Below, piece by piece: positions 48,427 through 58,030 of a stretch of DNA of 64,000 bases. The DNA lies in assembly GCA_963737525.1 (NCBI GenBank), contig CAVTTD010000031.1:4380-68379 (forward strand), given 5' to 3'. The stretch is from an uncultured Actinomycetota bacterium (lineage in GTDB: Bacteria; Actinomycetota; UBA4738; HRBIN12). Position 1 is the stretch's first letter. Every line of letters begins with the position of its first letter. Position numbers and translations under genes: made by a program. The notes under the pieces are model-generated. The model did not search any database, was not told the origin of the DNA, and was given only the letters and a program-made list of their open reading frames with translations.

Positions 48427-49528
48427 GTGGAAAACACGGATTCAGCCGTCGCGGAGTTCGACGGCTGGCTCAGAGGATCTGATGGAGGGGCAGGGTTCCG
48501 ACCTGCACGTGAAGGTGGGTTCTCCGCCGATGATCCGGTTGCCGAACGGGCTCCAGCGCATGGATCGGGACCCGATCACCCCGGTCGAGACCTCCGCGAT
48601 CGCCGAGAGCATCATCCCCGCCGATCGGCGCGAGACGTTCGACAAGAACGGCGAGGTCGACTTCGCCTACTCCCTGAAGGAAGTGGGTCGGTTCCGGGCG
48701 AACGTGTTCAAACAACGCGGCTCGATCTCGATGGTGCTCCGCCGTCTCCGGTTCGGCGGGCCGACGTTCGAGGAGATGGGATTGCCGGACTCCGTGCGGC
48801 AGCTCGCCGAGGAGCATCGCGGCTTGATCCTCGTGACCGGCCCGACCGGCTCAGGGAAGACGACCACGCTCGCGTCGATGATCGGCCACATCAACGAGAC
48901 CAAGCCGGTCCACATCGTGACGATCGAGGACCCGATCGAGGTCCTCCACCGCGACGCGGTCGCATCTATCAACCAGCGTGAGATCGGCAACGACACGCAG
49001 GACTTCCTGTCGGCCCTGCGGGCCGCGCTCCGCCAGGACCCCGACGTGATCTTGATCGGGGAGATGCGCGACACGGAGACCGTGCGTGCCGCGATCCAGG
49101 CCGCCGAGACGGGGCACCTCGTCCTGTCGACCCTCCACACCGTCGACGCGACCGAGACGGTCAACCGGGTGATCGACTTCTTCCCGCCCTACCAGCAGAA
49201 GCAGGTGCGACTGGCGCTCGCGGGCACCCTCCGGGGGATCATCTGCCAGCGACTCGTCAGCACGGTGGACGGCGGGCGTACCCCCGCTCTCGAGATCCTC
49301 GTGAACACGGGGCGCGTCGCCGAGCGGATCGTCGATCCGGAGAAGACGAGCGAGATCAAGGAAGTGCTCACCGACGGGCAGTTCTACGGCATGATGACCT
49401 TCGACCAGTCGCTCCTCGTCCTCCTCCAGGAGGGGAGGATCACGACGGAGGCCGCCTTCCAGGCCGTGTCGAGTCGGCACGACTTCGAGCTCGCGATGCA
49501 GCAGGCGGGACTCGCCCTGCCGGTCTGA
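48427..49528 (+). CDS. pilT: PilT-like type IV pilus retraction / secretion ATPase, frameshift in the first 20 codons
   Basis: ORF 48419..49528 carries GASDLH-type GSDLHVKVGSPP, Walker A GPTGSGKTT, ILIGEMRD and the His box LVLSTLHT. The N-terminal AVAEFDGWLR lies in the frame of ORF 48361..48981 (GTG 48427). The junction is at about 48470-48480. Confidence 0.85.
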
Positions 49529-49531
49529 CCC

Positions 49532-50108
49532 TCAGGCCTGCGTTCGCTTGGATCCGGAGCGGAGGAGGCCGAACGCGACCCCGGCGCCGAGCGCCAGGCC
49601 GACGACGCCGGCGGCGACGCCCAACCCTGCGGGGATGCCTTCCTCCTTGGTCACCACCCGCGTCACGGTCTCCGGAGCGGGAGCGCTGAACGGCTCGACC
49701 GTGATGTTCGCACCGCTGCCCGTTCCGGTCCCGTCACCGACGACGATCGCGCCGGTCATGCCGGGGTGGTACTGGCATGCGAAGGGGTAGATGCCCGCCC
49801 CGTCGAACGTCGCCGTGAAGGCGTCTCCCTTCGCCATGTCCTCGAAGTTCCCCCAACCGTTCCCACCGACGTTGTGGATCAGCCCGAAGTCGGCGTTCAC
49901 GAAGGTGACCTCGGTGCCCGGGTCGACGGTCGTCACGCTGGCCGAGAAGCAGGCGTCGATCATCCTGACCGTCGTGGCCTTCTCGCCCTTCGCGTCGTTC
50001 TGTGTGACCCCACTGTGGCAGCCACCGCCCGCCAACGCTGTGCCGGGCACCCCCAGGACGACGATCGCCGCGCCCACCATCACGCAGAGGAGCATCCCTC
50101 GCTTCATG
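49532..50108 (-). CDS. Secreted cupredoxin (type-1 copper) with C-terminal transmembrane anchor
   Basis: ATG 50108 follows GGAGGG. It has a signal peptide (LCVMVGAAIVVLGVPGTALAG), His in LIHNVGG and Cys-x2-His-x2-Met in FACQYHPGMTG. A Gly/Thr linker leads to the hydrophobic tail GLGVAAGVVGLALGAGVAFGLL. Confidence 0.75.
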
Positions 50109-50153
50109 CCGATCCCTCCTCGCTCTCCGATGCCACTGCTACACCGGCCGGGG

Positions 50154-50931
50154 TTACGGGGTTCCCGAGGAGGTGACGATCCGCAGGACCTCGGCCTTGG
50201 GCAGCGCGGTCTCCAGTCGCATCGTGTGCGAGCCCTCGCGCCACAGGAGCACGTTGCCCTCCACGCGCACGTAGACGACGCCCTCACCGGTCAGCAGCTG
50301 CAGCAGGTGCGTCGCCCCTGGTCCAGTAGTACTCGACCCCGTCGATGGTCTCGAACCGCAGCACGCCGGTGTCTTCGTAGAGCTCCTTCGAGGCCTGGTT
50401 GGCGTCGCCCTCGAAGACCTGGAGGACCGCTCCGTACCGAGCGCCCTCGATCTGCGGGAGGCCGGGTCGTGCTCGCCACGCCAGCGTGACCCGTGGGACC
50501 TCCCCTGAATCGGTGAAGACCTTGTCCGCCCACACACGATCGGGAGCGCCCAGCTCTGGCGGAAGCGTGACGTCCTGGCCGAGCAACGTGCTCGCCTCCC
50601 GCAGGGTGATCGGCTCACCCGTGGGTGCGATCGAAGGGGTCGGCAGGAGGCCCGGACGGCCCGGCGTGACCTCCACGACGACGGCCCCGAGGTCGATGAT
50701 GATCTTCGCGGCCACCGCCGCGCCGGCCAGGAGCAACACGGTGGCGGCCGCGATGAGGAGGATCCGCTTGGAACGGGAGAGCGGAAGTCGGACCACGCGT
50801 GGGAGGGGGTCCGACGAGATGCGCGACATGACCGGCGGGCCGAGATCCGGGGTGGCGGCCCAGTCCACATCGAGCGTCGCCAGCGCGCCACCGAGCTCAT
50901 CGTTCGACATCGTGTGGATGCGTTCGCTCAT
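50154..50931 (-). CDS. Single-pass membrane protein, putative anti-sigma factor (DUF4367-like extracytoplasmic domain), frameshifted
   Basis: ORF 50284..50931 gives the N-terminal cytoplasmic segment, the TM span ILLIAAATVLLLAGAAVAA and the outer domain. The tail lies in ORF 50154..50900. The junction is at CCCC 50315-50318 (one extra base). An ATGA overlap joins it to the sigma gene. The anti-sigma role is inferred from position. Confidence 0.5.
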
Positions 50932-51503
50932 GCCGGCTCCTCCAACACCGTCCGGAGCCGACCCATCGCACGCGACAGCCGAGACTTGGCCGTCCCGAGC
51001 CGGACGTCGAGCACGTCTGCCGTCTCTGCCTCCGACAAGCCGAGCAGGAACCGGTACCCGATCACCTCGCGGTCCGGAGGAGACAGCCGGTTGAGCGCCG
51101 CGATCAACGTCTCCTGATCCTCCCGCGCGAGGGCCGCGGTCTCCGGGGACGGGGCCGCGTCCCCGTCGGAGACCGCGGCCGCCGAGCGCAGGGCCAGGCC
51201 CTGGCGACGGCGGGTGGAGCGGGCTCGGTTGCGGGCCTCGTTCGCGACGATCTTGAGCAACCAGGGCCGGAACGGGGAGTCCGGCCGGAACCGGGGGAGC
51301 GCGTAGTAGGCCTTCACGAATGCCTCCTGGGCCGAGTCCTCCGCTTCGCCGCGATCGTGCGTGACCAGCCAGGCGACACGGAAGGCGATCTGCCCGTACC
51401 GCTTCACCAGGTCTTCGTACGCAGCGTCGTCGCCCTCACGGGCTCGGCGCGCGAGCTCGGCGTCCTCCAGTGGTCGGCCCTCCACGGGAGCTCTTCTCTT
51501 CAC
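50928..51503 (-). CDS. ECF (group 4) RNA polymerase sigma factor
   Basis: 191 aa. Region 2 reads YEDLVKRYGQIAFRVAWLVTHDRGEAEDSAQEAFVKAY...FRPWLLKIVANEARN. Region 4 reads LSPPDREVIGYRFLLGLSEAETADVLDVRLGTAKSRLSRA. Confidence 0.9.
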   Translation of the reverse strand: MKRRAPVEGRPLEDAELARRAREGDDAAYEDLVKRYGQIAFRVAWLVTHDRGEAEDSAQEAFVKAYYALPRFRPDSPFRPWLLKIVANEARNRARSTRRRQGLALRSAAAVSDGDAAPSPETAALAREDQETLIAALNRLSPPDREVIGYRFLLGLSEAETADVLDVRLGTAKSRLSRAMGRLRTVLEEPA

Positions 51504-51509
51504 GGCTGC

Positions 51510-52508
51510 CTACACCGGCCGCGGCACCGCAGTTCCCACGTCAGGCGAGCGAGGTCGAAGATCCCGACGTGGTCCAGATCTATCCGGTCGACGGCTTCCC
51601 GTCCCCTTGTGCCTGATCGGCGAAGCGCCGACGATCCCGGCGGCGAGGCCGGCGAGCTCCATCGGCACGACGATCTTGGATGACGCGGACCCGCCGATCT
51701 GCTTGAGCGCGTCCAGATATTGCAGGGTCATCGTCTTCTGATCGGCCGTCGCCGCCTGCCGATTGATGGTCTCCAGGGCGAGCGCGAAACCCTCGGCGCG
51801 AAGGATCGCGGCCTGTCGCTCGCCCTCGGCCGTGAGGATCGCCGACGCCTTGCTTCCCTCGGCGTTCAGGATGGCCGATGCCTTGTTGCCTTCCGCGACC
51901 GTGATCGCGGCCGACTTCGTGCCGTCCGCCTCGAGGACGATGGCTCGTCGAGACCGCTCGGCCGACATCTGGCGCGTCATCGCCTCCTGCACGCTCGGCG
52001 GCGGGATGATCTCGCGGATCTCGACGTTCGTGACCTTCACGCCCCACCGCTCGGTCACCTCGTCGAGCTTCGCGCGCAGGATCTGGTTGATCTCGTCGCG
52101 CTTCGCGAGCACGTCGTCGAGGGGGATGTCGCCGATCACGGCTCGCAGCGTGGTGGAGGCGAGTGCCTGCGCGGCACCGGCGAAGTTGCCCACCTGCACG
52201 ACGCTCATCGCCGGATCGATGACCTTGTAGAAGGTGATGAAGTCGACCGCGATCGGCGCGTTGTCCTTCGTGATCGAGTCTTGTCTCGGGATCTCCAGGT
52301 AGAACTCCCGGAGATCCACCTTGACGCCCTTGTCCACGATCGGGATCAGCAGGATGAGGCCGGGACCCTTGACGCCGAGGATACGGCCGAGCCGGAAGAC
52401 GACGAGCCGTTGGTACTCGGGCACGATGCGGATCGCGTTCGCGAGGAACAGGATCACCAGGATTACGACGATGACCGCGCCGATGAAGACGGGATCCGTG
52501 AAGTCCAT
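51510..52508 (-). CDS. SPFH/band-7 (stomatin/slipin-like) membrane protein, 3' end uncertain
   Basis: 332 aa, with an N-terminal TM span. Motifs are IVPEYQRLVVFRLGR, TKDNAPIAVD, WGVKVTNVEIREI and a coiled Ala-rich region. The last roughly 40 codons are Arg/Pro-rich. Alternative frames end at about 51580 or at a TGA overlapping the sigma GTG start (51500-51503). Confidence 0.85.
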   Translation of the reverse strand: MDFTDPVFIGAVIVVILVILFLANAIRIVPEYQRLVVFRLGRILGVKGPGLILLIPIVDKGVKVDLREFYLEIPRQDSITKDNAPIAVDFITFYKVIDPAMSVVQVGNFAGAAQALASTTLRAVIGDIPLDDVLAKRDEINQILRAKLDEVTERWGVKVTNVEIREIIPPPSVQEAMTRQMSAERSRRAIVLEADGTKSAAITVAEGNKASAILNAEGSKASAILTAEGERQAAILRAEGFALALETINRQAATADQKTMTLQYLDALKQIGGSASSKIVVPMELAGLAAGIVGASPIRHKGTGSRRPDRSGPRRDLRPRSPDVGTAVPRPV

Positions 52509-53873
52509 CAGTGGTTCCCTCCCTGGGCCGGCGCGACGCCGCCGGACTGCGCGTGCTCGAGGTCGAGCGGCTCGACGGTGAGCACGAGCCCGTCAAGTTT
52601 CGTGACACGGACCTTCGTCCCGGGCGGGAGCGGGTGAGGGGCGATCGCTCGCCATTCCTCCGCTGCGACGCGGACGACCCCATCGGGATCGAAGCCACCT
52701 GAGAGCACGACCCCCTCCCGGCCGACGACCGCCTCGGCCCCCTGCGCCGGTGGCATGTGCCGCATCGCGAGCGCTTTCGACACCACGAACCCGAAGAACA
52801 GAGCCATGAACACCGCCACCGGAACGATCACGAGCGGCGAGACCTGGCGCCCCCCGCGGGATCGAACAGGACGAGGCCGCCGAGGACGAGCGAGGCGATC
52901 CCCGCGATCGACCAGATCCCGAGACCCGGCACCTTCAGCTCGATCACGAAGAACACCACGGAGGCGACGAGCAACGCGATCCCGATCAGACGCACGGGCA
53001 GGAGCCCGAAGGAAACGATCGAGATCAGCAACAGGATCGTTCCCACCGTGCCGCTGAAGATGTGCCCGGGCACGATCAGCTCGAGGACGATCAGGGCGAG
53101 GCCGAGCCAGAAGAAGATGAAGGCGAGGTTCGGGTCGAACAACGCGTGGAGGAACCCCACGCCGGGCGTCATCGCGACGTCATCGATCGCGGCCTCGGCG
53201 GTCTGCAACGTCACCTCGTGCGCCATCGGCGACGGTCACCTGCATCCCGTCGACGCGTGTCAGCAGCTCGCGCTCGGAGTCGGCGATCAGATCGATGATG
53301 TTCCCGTCGAGGGCTTCCTGGGCCGTGATGCTCTTCGACTCCGTCACGAACGAGGCGGCGAGCTCGGCGTTGCGCCCTCGCTGCTCGGCGAGCGTCCGCA
53401 TCGTCGCCGCGGCGTCTTGCTCGACCTTGCGTGCGAGGGTCACGCCGCCGATCCCGACCGGCGTGGAGGCGCCCGACGTTGGTCGCCGGGGCCATCGCGG
53501 CCACCGGGCACGCCATCAGGATGAACGCGCCGGCCGACGCGGCCCTCGCGCCTTCCGGCGAGACGTAGCAGAGCACGGGGGTGCGGGATGCCTGGATCGC
53601 CTTGATGATCTCCTGCATCGAGGAGTCGAGACCACCGGGCGTGTCGATCGTGATCAGCACCGCGGCCGCCCCCTGCGCGTCCTCGATGCCGTTGCGGAGA
53701 TAGTCCGCGACGAACGGGTCGACCACGCCCTCGAGCGAGAGGCGGATCACCGAGTCCGGCGAAGGCTGGGCAGATGCTGCGGGAGCGGAACCCGGGACGA
53801 GTCCGCACACGAGCCCCGAGACGAGGAGCACGCCGCCGGCCAGCGTTCGGGCGGTCCTCGACCTCTCGATCAC
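52508..53873 (-). CDS. NfeD-family membrane-bound ClpP-class serine protease, three frame changes
   Basis: It is assembled from the frames of ORFs 53211..54341, 53180..53443, 52828..53226 and 52508..52831. The first carries the signal/TM segment and protease domain (ITIDTPGGLDSSM, ASAGAFI). The third carries four TM spans, and the last carries the C-terminal OB-fold (VVRVAAEEWRA). Shifts occur at about 53473, about 53221 and about 52847. Its stop overlaps the SPFH start (TGATG). Confidence 0.8.
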
Positions 53874-54077
53874 CGTCGGCGCTCCTGCGCGGATGTCTTT
53901 CCTGTGATGCGCCAGCCTACTCCTCTCGGTTCTTTGGCCGGTTCTCCGGTCGGCTCCGCGGCCGGCCGGTTCCCTGGCCGGTCGGCCGTTCCCGTCTCGG
54001 CGCAACCGTGCGAATATCGGGGCAAGGGTTCGCAAAGCTTCGACCCACGAAGGCTCCGTATACCGAGAGGAAACCGG

Positions 54078-54650
54078 GTGGACGCTCGGCACGAAGGTCC
54101 GCTCCTCCCCAGGGAAGAGCAACAACTGATGGAGGGTCTCCTCAACGGTGACGACGATGCGATCCGCGCTCTCTACGCGAGGTTCGGGCGGCCCGTGTAC
54201 TCCCTCGGCATGCGACTGCTCGGATCCAGGGAGGCCGCCGAGGAGCTCGCCCAAGACGTCTTCCTCACCGCATGGCGCAAGGCCGCACGCTTCGACCCGG
54301 CGCGTGGGCGCCTCTCGACCTGGCTCATGACGATCGCGCACAACCTCGCCGTCGACCGACTCCGCCGCGAGACCGGTGCGCGCCGCCCGACCCTCGTCCT
54401 GATGGACGAGGTTCCTGATGCTCCCGGCGTGAACGAAGAGGACGCCGTCGAGGAGCGAGACGCGGCGACCCGGGCGCTCGCGTCGTTGACGGAGGCCGAA
54501 CGCCGCCTGCTCACCCGGGCCTACTTCCGCGGTCTGACCGCGAGGGAGATCTCCGAAGCGGACGGGATCCCGCTCGGCACGGTGAAGACCCGGCTCCGCA
54601 CGGCGATGATCAAGGTCCGGCGGGCGAACGAAGGGAAGGAGATCTCGTGA
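54078..54650 (+). CDS. ECF RNA polymerase sigma factor (second copy)
   Basis: GTG 54078 lies in the frame of ORF 53295..54650. Region 2 reads ALYARFGRPVYSLGMRLLGSREAAEELAQDVFLTAW...TWLMTIAHNLAVD. Region 4 reads LTEAERRLLTRAYFRGLTAREISEADGIPLGTVKTRL. Confidence 0.9.
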   Translation: MDARHEGPLLPREEQQLMEGLLNGDDDAIRALYARFGRPVYSLGMRLLGSREAAEELAQDVFLTAWRKAARFDPARGRLSTWLMTIAHNLAVDRLRRETGARRPTLVLMDEVPDAPGVNEEDAVEERDAATRALASLTEAERRLLTRAYFRGLTAREISEADGIPLGTVKTRLRTAMIKVRRANEGKEIS

Positions 54651-55426
54651 ACTGCCTCACCGTTCGCGAGCGACTTCCCGAGCACGCGCTCGGCGCGCTG
54701 CCGGAAGCGGAAGCCTCCGTCGTCGATCGCCATCTCGAGTGGTGCGCCGCGTGCCGGAAGGAGGCGGGGGAGCTCCAGCGGGCCGCGGCCACGCTTGCGT
54801 ACTCCGTCGCGCCCGTCGAGCCGCCGGCCGAACTCGAGGATCGGGTGGTCGAGGCGGTGCGGGATGCGGCGAGCCGGCGGCGGGCCGCGGCGCCGCGGCG
54901 GAGCCGCGTCGCCGCGGCCGGCGTGCTCGCCGCGATGCTCGCGCTCTCGGGCTTGGGTTGGGGTGCGGTGATGGCGGGCCGCGCCGAGCGCGCCGAGGAG
55001 CGAGCCGCCGTCGCTGCCGACAAGCAACGTGAAGCCGTGCAGAAGATCAGTGAGGTGTTCCGACTGCCCGAAGTCGACCCCGGGGCGATCGCGGAGGTCT
55101 CGACACTGCTCTCACCTCAGTTGCGAGAAGGCCGAGGCGATGCATTCGTCCTGCTCTCGCCATCGGGTGACGATCTCGCGTTCGTTCTCGTGAACGGGCT
55201 CACCAACGTGCGAGCCGCCCAATTACCGCTCGAGGTGCGCCTCGTCGGCAACGGGTTTCGCCAGTTGGTGGTCGGGAAGATCCGGACGCTCAACTCCGGC
55301 GGAGAGGGCGGCGTCTACCGACCGTTCACGGAGCATCTCAGGGGATACAGCGCCGTCGTGATCAGGGACGCGCACGGTCGCGTGCTCCTGCGTGGCACGT
55401 TGAGCGTCTACGAGCCGACGTCCTGA
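54647..55426 (+). CDS. Membrane anti-sigma factor with zinc-binding (ZAS, H-x3-C-x2-C) N-terminal domain
   Basis: 259 aa, with a GTGA overlap to the sigma gene. The ZAS motif is RHLEWCAAC, and the single TM span is VAAAGVLAAMLALSGLGWGAVMAG. The extracytoplasmic domain is about 130 aa. Confidence 0.75.
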   Translation: MNCLTVRERLPEHALGALPEAEASVVDRHLEWCAACRKEAGELQRAAATLAYSVAPVEPPAELEDRVVEAVRDAASRRRAAAPRRSRVAAAGVLAAMLALSGLGWGAVMAGRAERAEERAAVAADKQREAVQKISEVFRLPEVDPGAIAEVSTLLSPQLREGRGDAFVLLSPSGDDLAFVLVNGLTNVRAAQLPLEVRLVGNGFRQLVVGKIRTLNSGGEGGVYRPFTEHLRGYSAVVIRDAHGRVLLRGTLSVYEPTS

Positions 55427-55439
55427 CTATCCTCGCCGG

Positions 55440-56451
55440 ATGCGCTTCGGGCTGAGCCTGCCGCACTACGGCTTCTCGCTCCCGACCGGGCGGATCGGCT
55501 TCGCGGATGCGGCCGGCTGGGCCCGACGAGCGGAGGCGCTCGGGTTCGACTCGGTCTGGGTCTCGGACCACTTCTTCTACTCCTTCGCGAGGTACGGGGC
55601 CGATCCGTCGCCCATCGCATCGCTGGAGCCGCTGGCGACGCTCGCCGGCATCGCCGCCGTCACCGACCGGGTCCGGCTCGGGACGCTCGTCCTGTGCGCC
55701 GCGTTCCGTCACCCCGCGCTGCTCGCGAAGGCCGCGACGTCGATCGATCTGCTCTCCGGCGGTCGACTCGACCTCGGACTCGGCGCCGGTTGGATGGAGG
55801 AAGAGTTCGAGGCGTTCGGATACCGATTCCGCTCCCCGGGTGAGCGGTTCGCGGTCCTGGAGGAGACCGTCGAGGTCGTCCAAGAGCTCTTCGGCGGTGA
55901 GCCGGTCACGCGCGACGGTCCGAACGTCACGCTCCGCGATGCCGTGCTCGCTCCCGCGCCCGATCGCCCGCCACCCGTGTGGCTGGGAGGGAAGGGCGGC
56001 CCACGGCTCCTCCGACTCGCGGCTCGCCTGGCGGACGGATGGAACATGGTGTGGCGGATCTCGCCCGAGGCCTATGCGAAGAAGGTCTCGGACGTCCGGC
56101 AGGCCTGCGAGGCCGAGGATCGTCGATCCGGCGACCCTCGGCCTCTCGATCGGTCTGTATGCGCTGATCGGCGAGGACGAGGCGGCGGCGCGGGCCGCGT
56201 TCGAACGCGGCCGGGCCGCCGCCCCGGGGGATGCGATGGCGGGAGACGACTACGAGTCGTGGCGGGGCGACACCCTTTCGGGCACGCCTGAGCAGGTCCT
56301 CGAACGCGTCGCCGCGTTCGAGTCTCTCGGCGTGCGAGAGATCATCGTGGCTCCGTGGGTCCTACCGTTCGCGATCTACGAACCCGAGCAGGTCGAACTG
56401 TTCGCCGAGCGCGTGATCGCCCCTTCGCGAGGGACCTCCCGAGGGACGTGA
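55440..56451 (+). CDS. LLM-class F420-dependent oxidoreductase, frameshifted
   Basis: ORF 55440..56291 carries FDSVWVSDHF and LDLGLGAGW. It joins the frame of ORF 55507..56451 (DPATLGLSIGLYALIGEDEAAA...GTPEQVLERVAAFESLGVREIIV). The junction is at about 56118-56128. Confidence 0.8.
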
Positions 56452-56684
56452 TGGAGCCCCGCGCCGCCGTCCTCGCCGTCCTGAAGGAAGAGGGCACCCC
56501 GCTGCATTGGACGAAGATCCAGGATCTCGCCCTCCGGCGCGGCTACCTCGATCCCTTCGAGCATCCCGACGTCCGACGGCAGGTGCAGACGACGCTCCGC
56601 GCGCTGGCGAGCGAGGGGGTGGTCCAGAAGCAGACGACCGGCGTCTACTTCGTGGCTGCGCGCGCGGACGACGGAGACGACTGA
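56451..56684 (+). CDS. Small winged-helix protein, HARE-HTH-like (77 aa)
   Basis: ATG 56451 overlaps the upstream stop (TGATG). AAVLAVLKEEGTPLHWTKIQDLALRRGYL...LRALASEGVVQKQTTGVYFV fits the HARE-HTH pattern. The call is tentative. Confidence 0.5.
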   Translation: MEPRAAVLAVLKEEGTPLHWTKIQDLALRRGYLDPFEHPDVRRQVQTTLRALASEGVVQKQTTGVYFVAARADDGDD

Positions 56685-56965
56685 GCCTTCCTCCGGCCGC
56701 GGGTCGTCTTCCGGGCGGTCGCCGTCTTCCGTGGGCGACCCACCGTCTTGCGAGGCCGGCCGCGGCGCTTCGGCGCCGCCGCCTGTCCGGATCCGGCCAT
56801 CTTGCGAGGACGACCCGGCCGCGGCCGCCGAGCGCCCGCGACCAGCTCCGTCACGTGTGTCGCGCAGAGATCCTTCGCGAAGTTGCCGCGGGCGACCTTG
56901 ATCGTCACTGTTTCGGTCGCCGGCTTGCCGCACACGTCGCACACCACGATCGTTCGTTCGGCCAT
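56645..56965 (-). CDS. Small basic DNA-binding protein: Lsr2-like N-terminal domain fused to three AT-hook (GRP) motifs
   Basis: ATG 56965 follows GAGAGGA. ETVTIKVARGNFAKDLCATHVTEL parallels the Lsr2 dimerisation-domain pattern. It is followed by PGRPRK, RGRPRK and VGRPRK. It also carries C9-x2-C12 ... C34-x2-H37. Confidence 0.55.
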   Translation of the reverse strand: MAERTIVVCDVCGKPATETVTIKVARGNFAKDLCATHVTELVAGARRPRPGRPRKMAGSGQAAAPKRRGRPRKTVGRPRKTATARKTTRGRRKAQSSPSSARAATK

Positions 56966-57034
56966 GATCGGATCCTCTCGGTCGGGATGGCGGGAGCATA
57001 GCCGGGAACCCATCGGGTTCCGATGCGCGATGTG

Positions 57035-58030
57035 TCAACGGCGGTAGGTGGCGCCGGAAATCTCCTCGAGTTTCTCGAAGCGGTGTTGCGCCTCGACCCA
57101 CCGCATCGTGCCGGAACGAGATCGCATCACGAGGGAATACGTGGTGGCGCCATCCGGCCAATACCGGACACCTCGGAGTAACGAGCCGTCGGTGATCCCC
57201 GTCGCGGCGAAGAACACATCCTTGCCGGACACCAGGTCATCGGTCGTCAACACGCGATCGGGATCGAGGCCGGCGTCGCGAAGCTCATCGCGCTCCTCGT
57301 CGGTCCTCGGGGAAAGCCGTCCCTGGATCGCGCCGCCCATGCACTTCAAGGCGGCGGCGGCGATGACGCCCTCGGGGGTGCCCCCGATCCCCAACAGCAG
57401 ATCCACGCCGGAACGAGGCGCGGCCGCGGAGATCGCCCCCTCGACATCGCCGTCCGTGATCAGGAAGACCCGGGCGCCGATCTTCCGGACGGCATCGATG
57501 ATCGTCTCGTGGCGAGGTCGATCGAGGATGATCACCGAGACCTCCTCGACCTTCATCCCCTTCGCTTTCGCCACGAGCCGGACGTTCTCCTCCGGCGGGG
57601 CGGTCACATCGATCACGTCGGCCGACTCCGGTCCGGCCGCGATCTTCTCCATGTAGACGGCGACGTCGGGGAAGAGCATCGTCCCTCGCTCCGCGAGCGC
57701 GATCACCGAGACGGCGTTCGGCTGGCCCGTGGCGGTGAGGCGTGTGCCGTCGATCGGATCGACGGCCACGTCCACCGCCGGCCCCGACCCGTTCCCGACG
57801 GCCTCGCCGTTGTAGAGCATCGGCGCCTCGTCCTTCTCGCCCTCGCCGATGACGACGACGCCGTCCATCGAGACCGAGTCGATCATGAACCTCATCGCAT
57901 CGACGGCCGCTTGATCGGCGCCGATCTTGTCGCCGCGACCGATCCAGCGTCCGGCGGCGAGCGCCGCGGCTTCGGTCACGCGTCCGAGCTCCATCGCGAG
58001 GTTGCGATCGGGACGGATCCGGTTCGTCAT
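57035..58030 (-). CDS. glpX: Class II fructose-1,6-bisphosphatase
   Basis: 331 aa. Motifs are [46 protein letters not shown] and [10 protein letters not shown]. Confidence 0.95.
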   Translation of the reverse strand: MTNRIRPDRNLAMELGRVTEAAALAAGRWIGRGDKIGADQAAVDAMRFMIDSVSMDGVVVIGEGEKDEAPMLYNGEAVGNGSGPAVDVAVDPIDGTRLTATGQPNAVSVIALAERGTMLFPDVAVYMEKIAAGPESADVIDVTAPPEENVRLVAKAKGMKVEEVSVIILDRPRHETIIDAVRKIGARVFLITDGDVEGAISAAAPRSGVDLLLGIGGTPEGVIAAAALKCMGGAIQGRLSPRTDEERDELRDAGLDPDRVLTTDDLVSGKDVFFAATGITDGSLLRGVRYWPDGATTYSLVMRSRSGTMRWVEAQHRFEKLEEISGATYRR

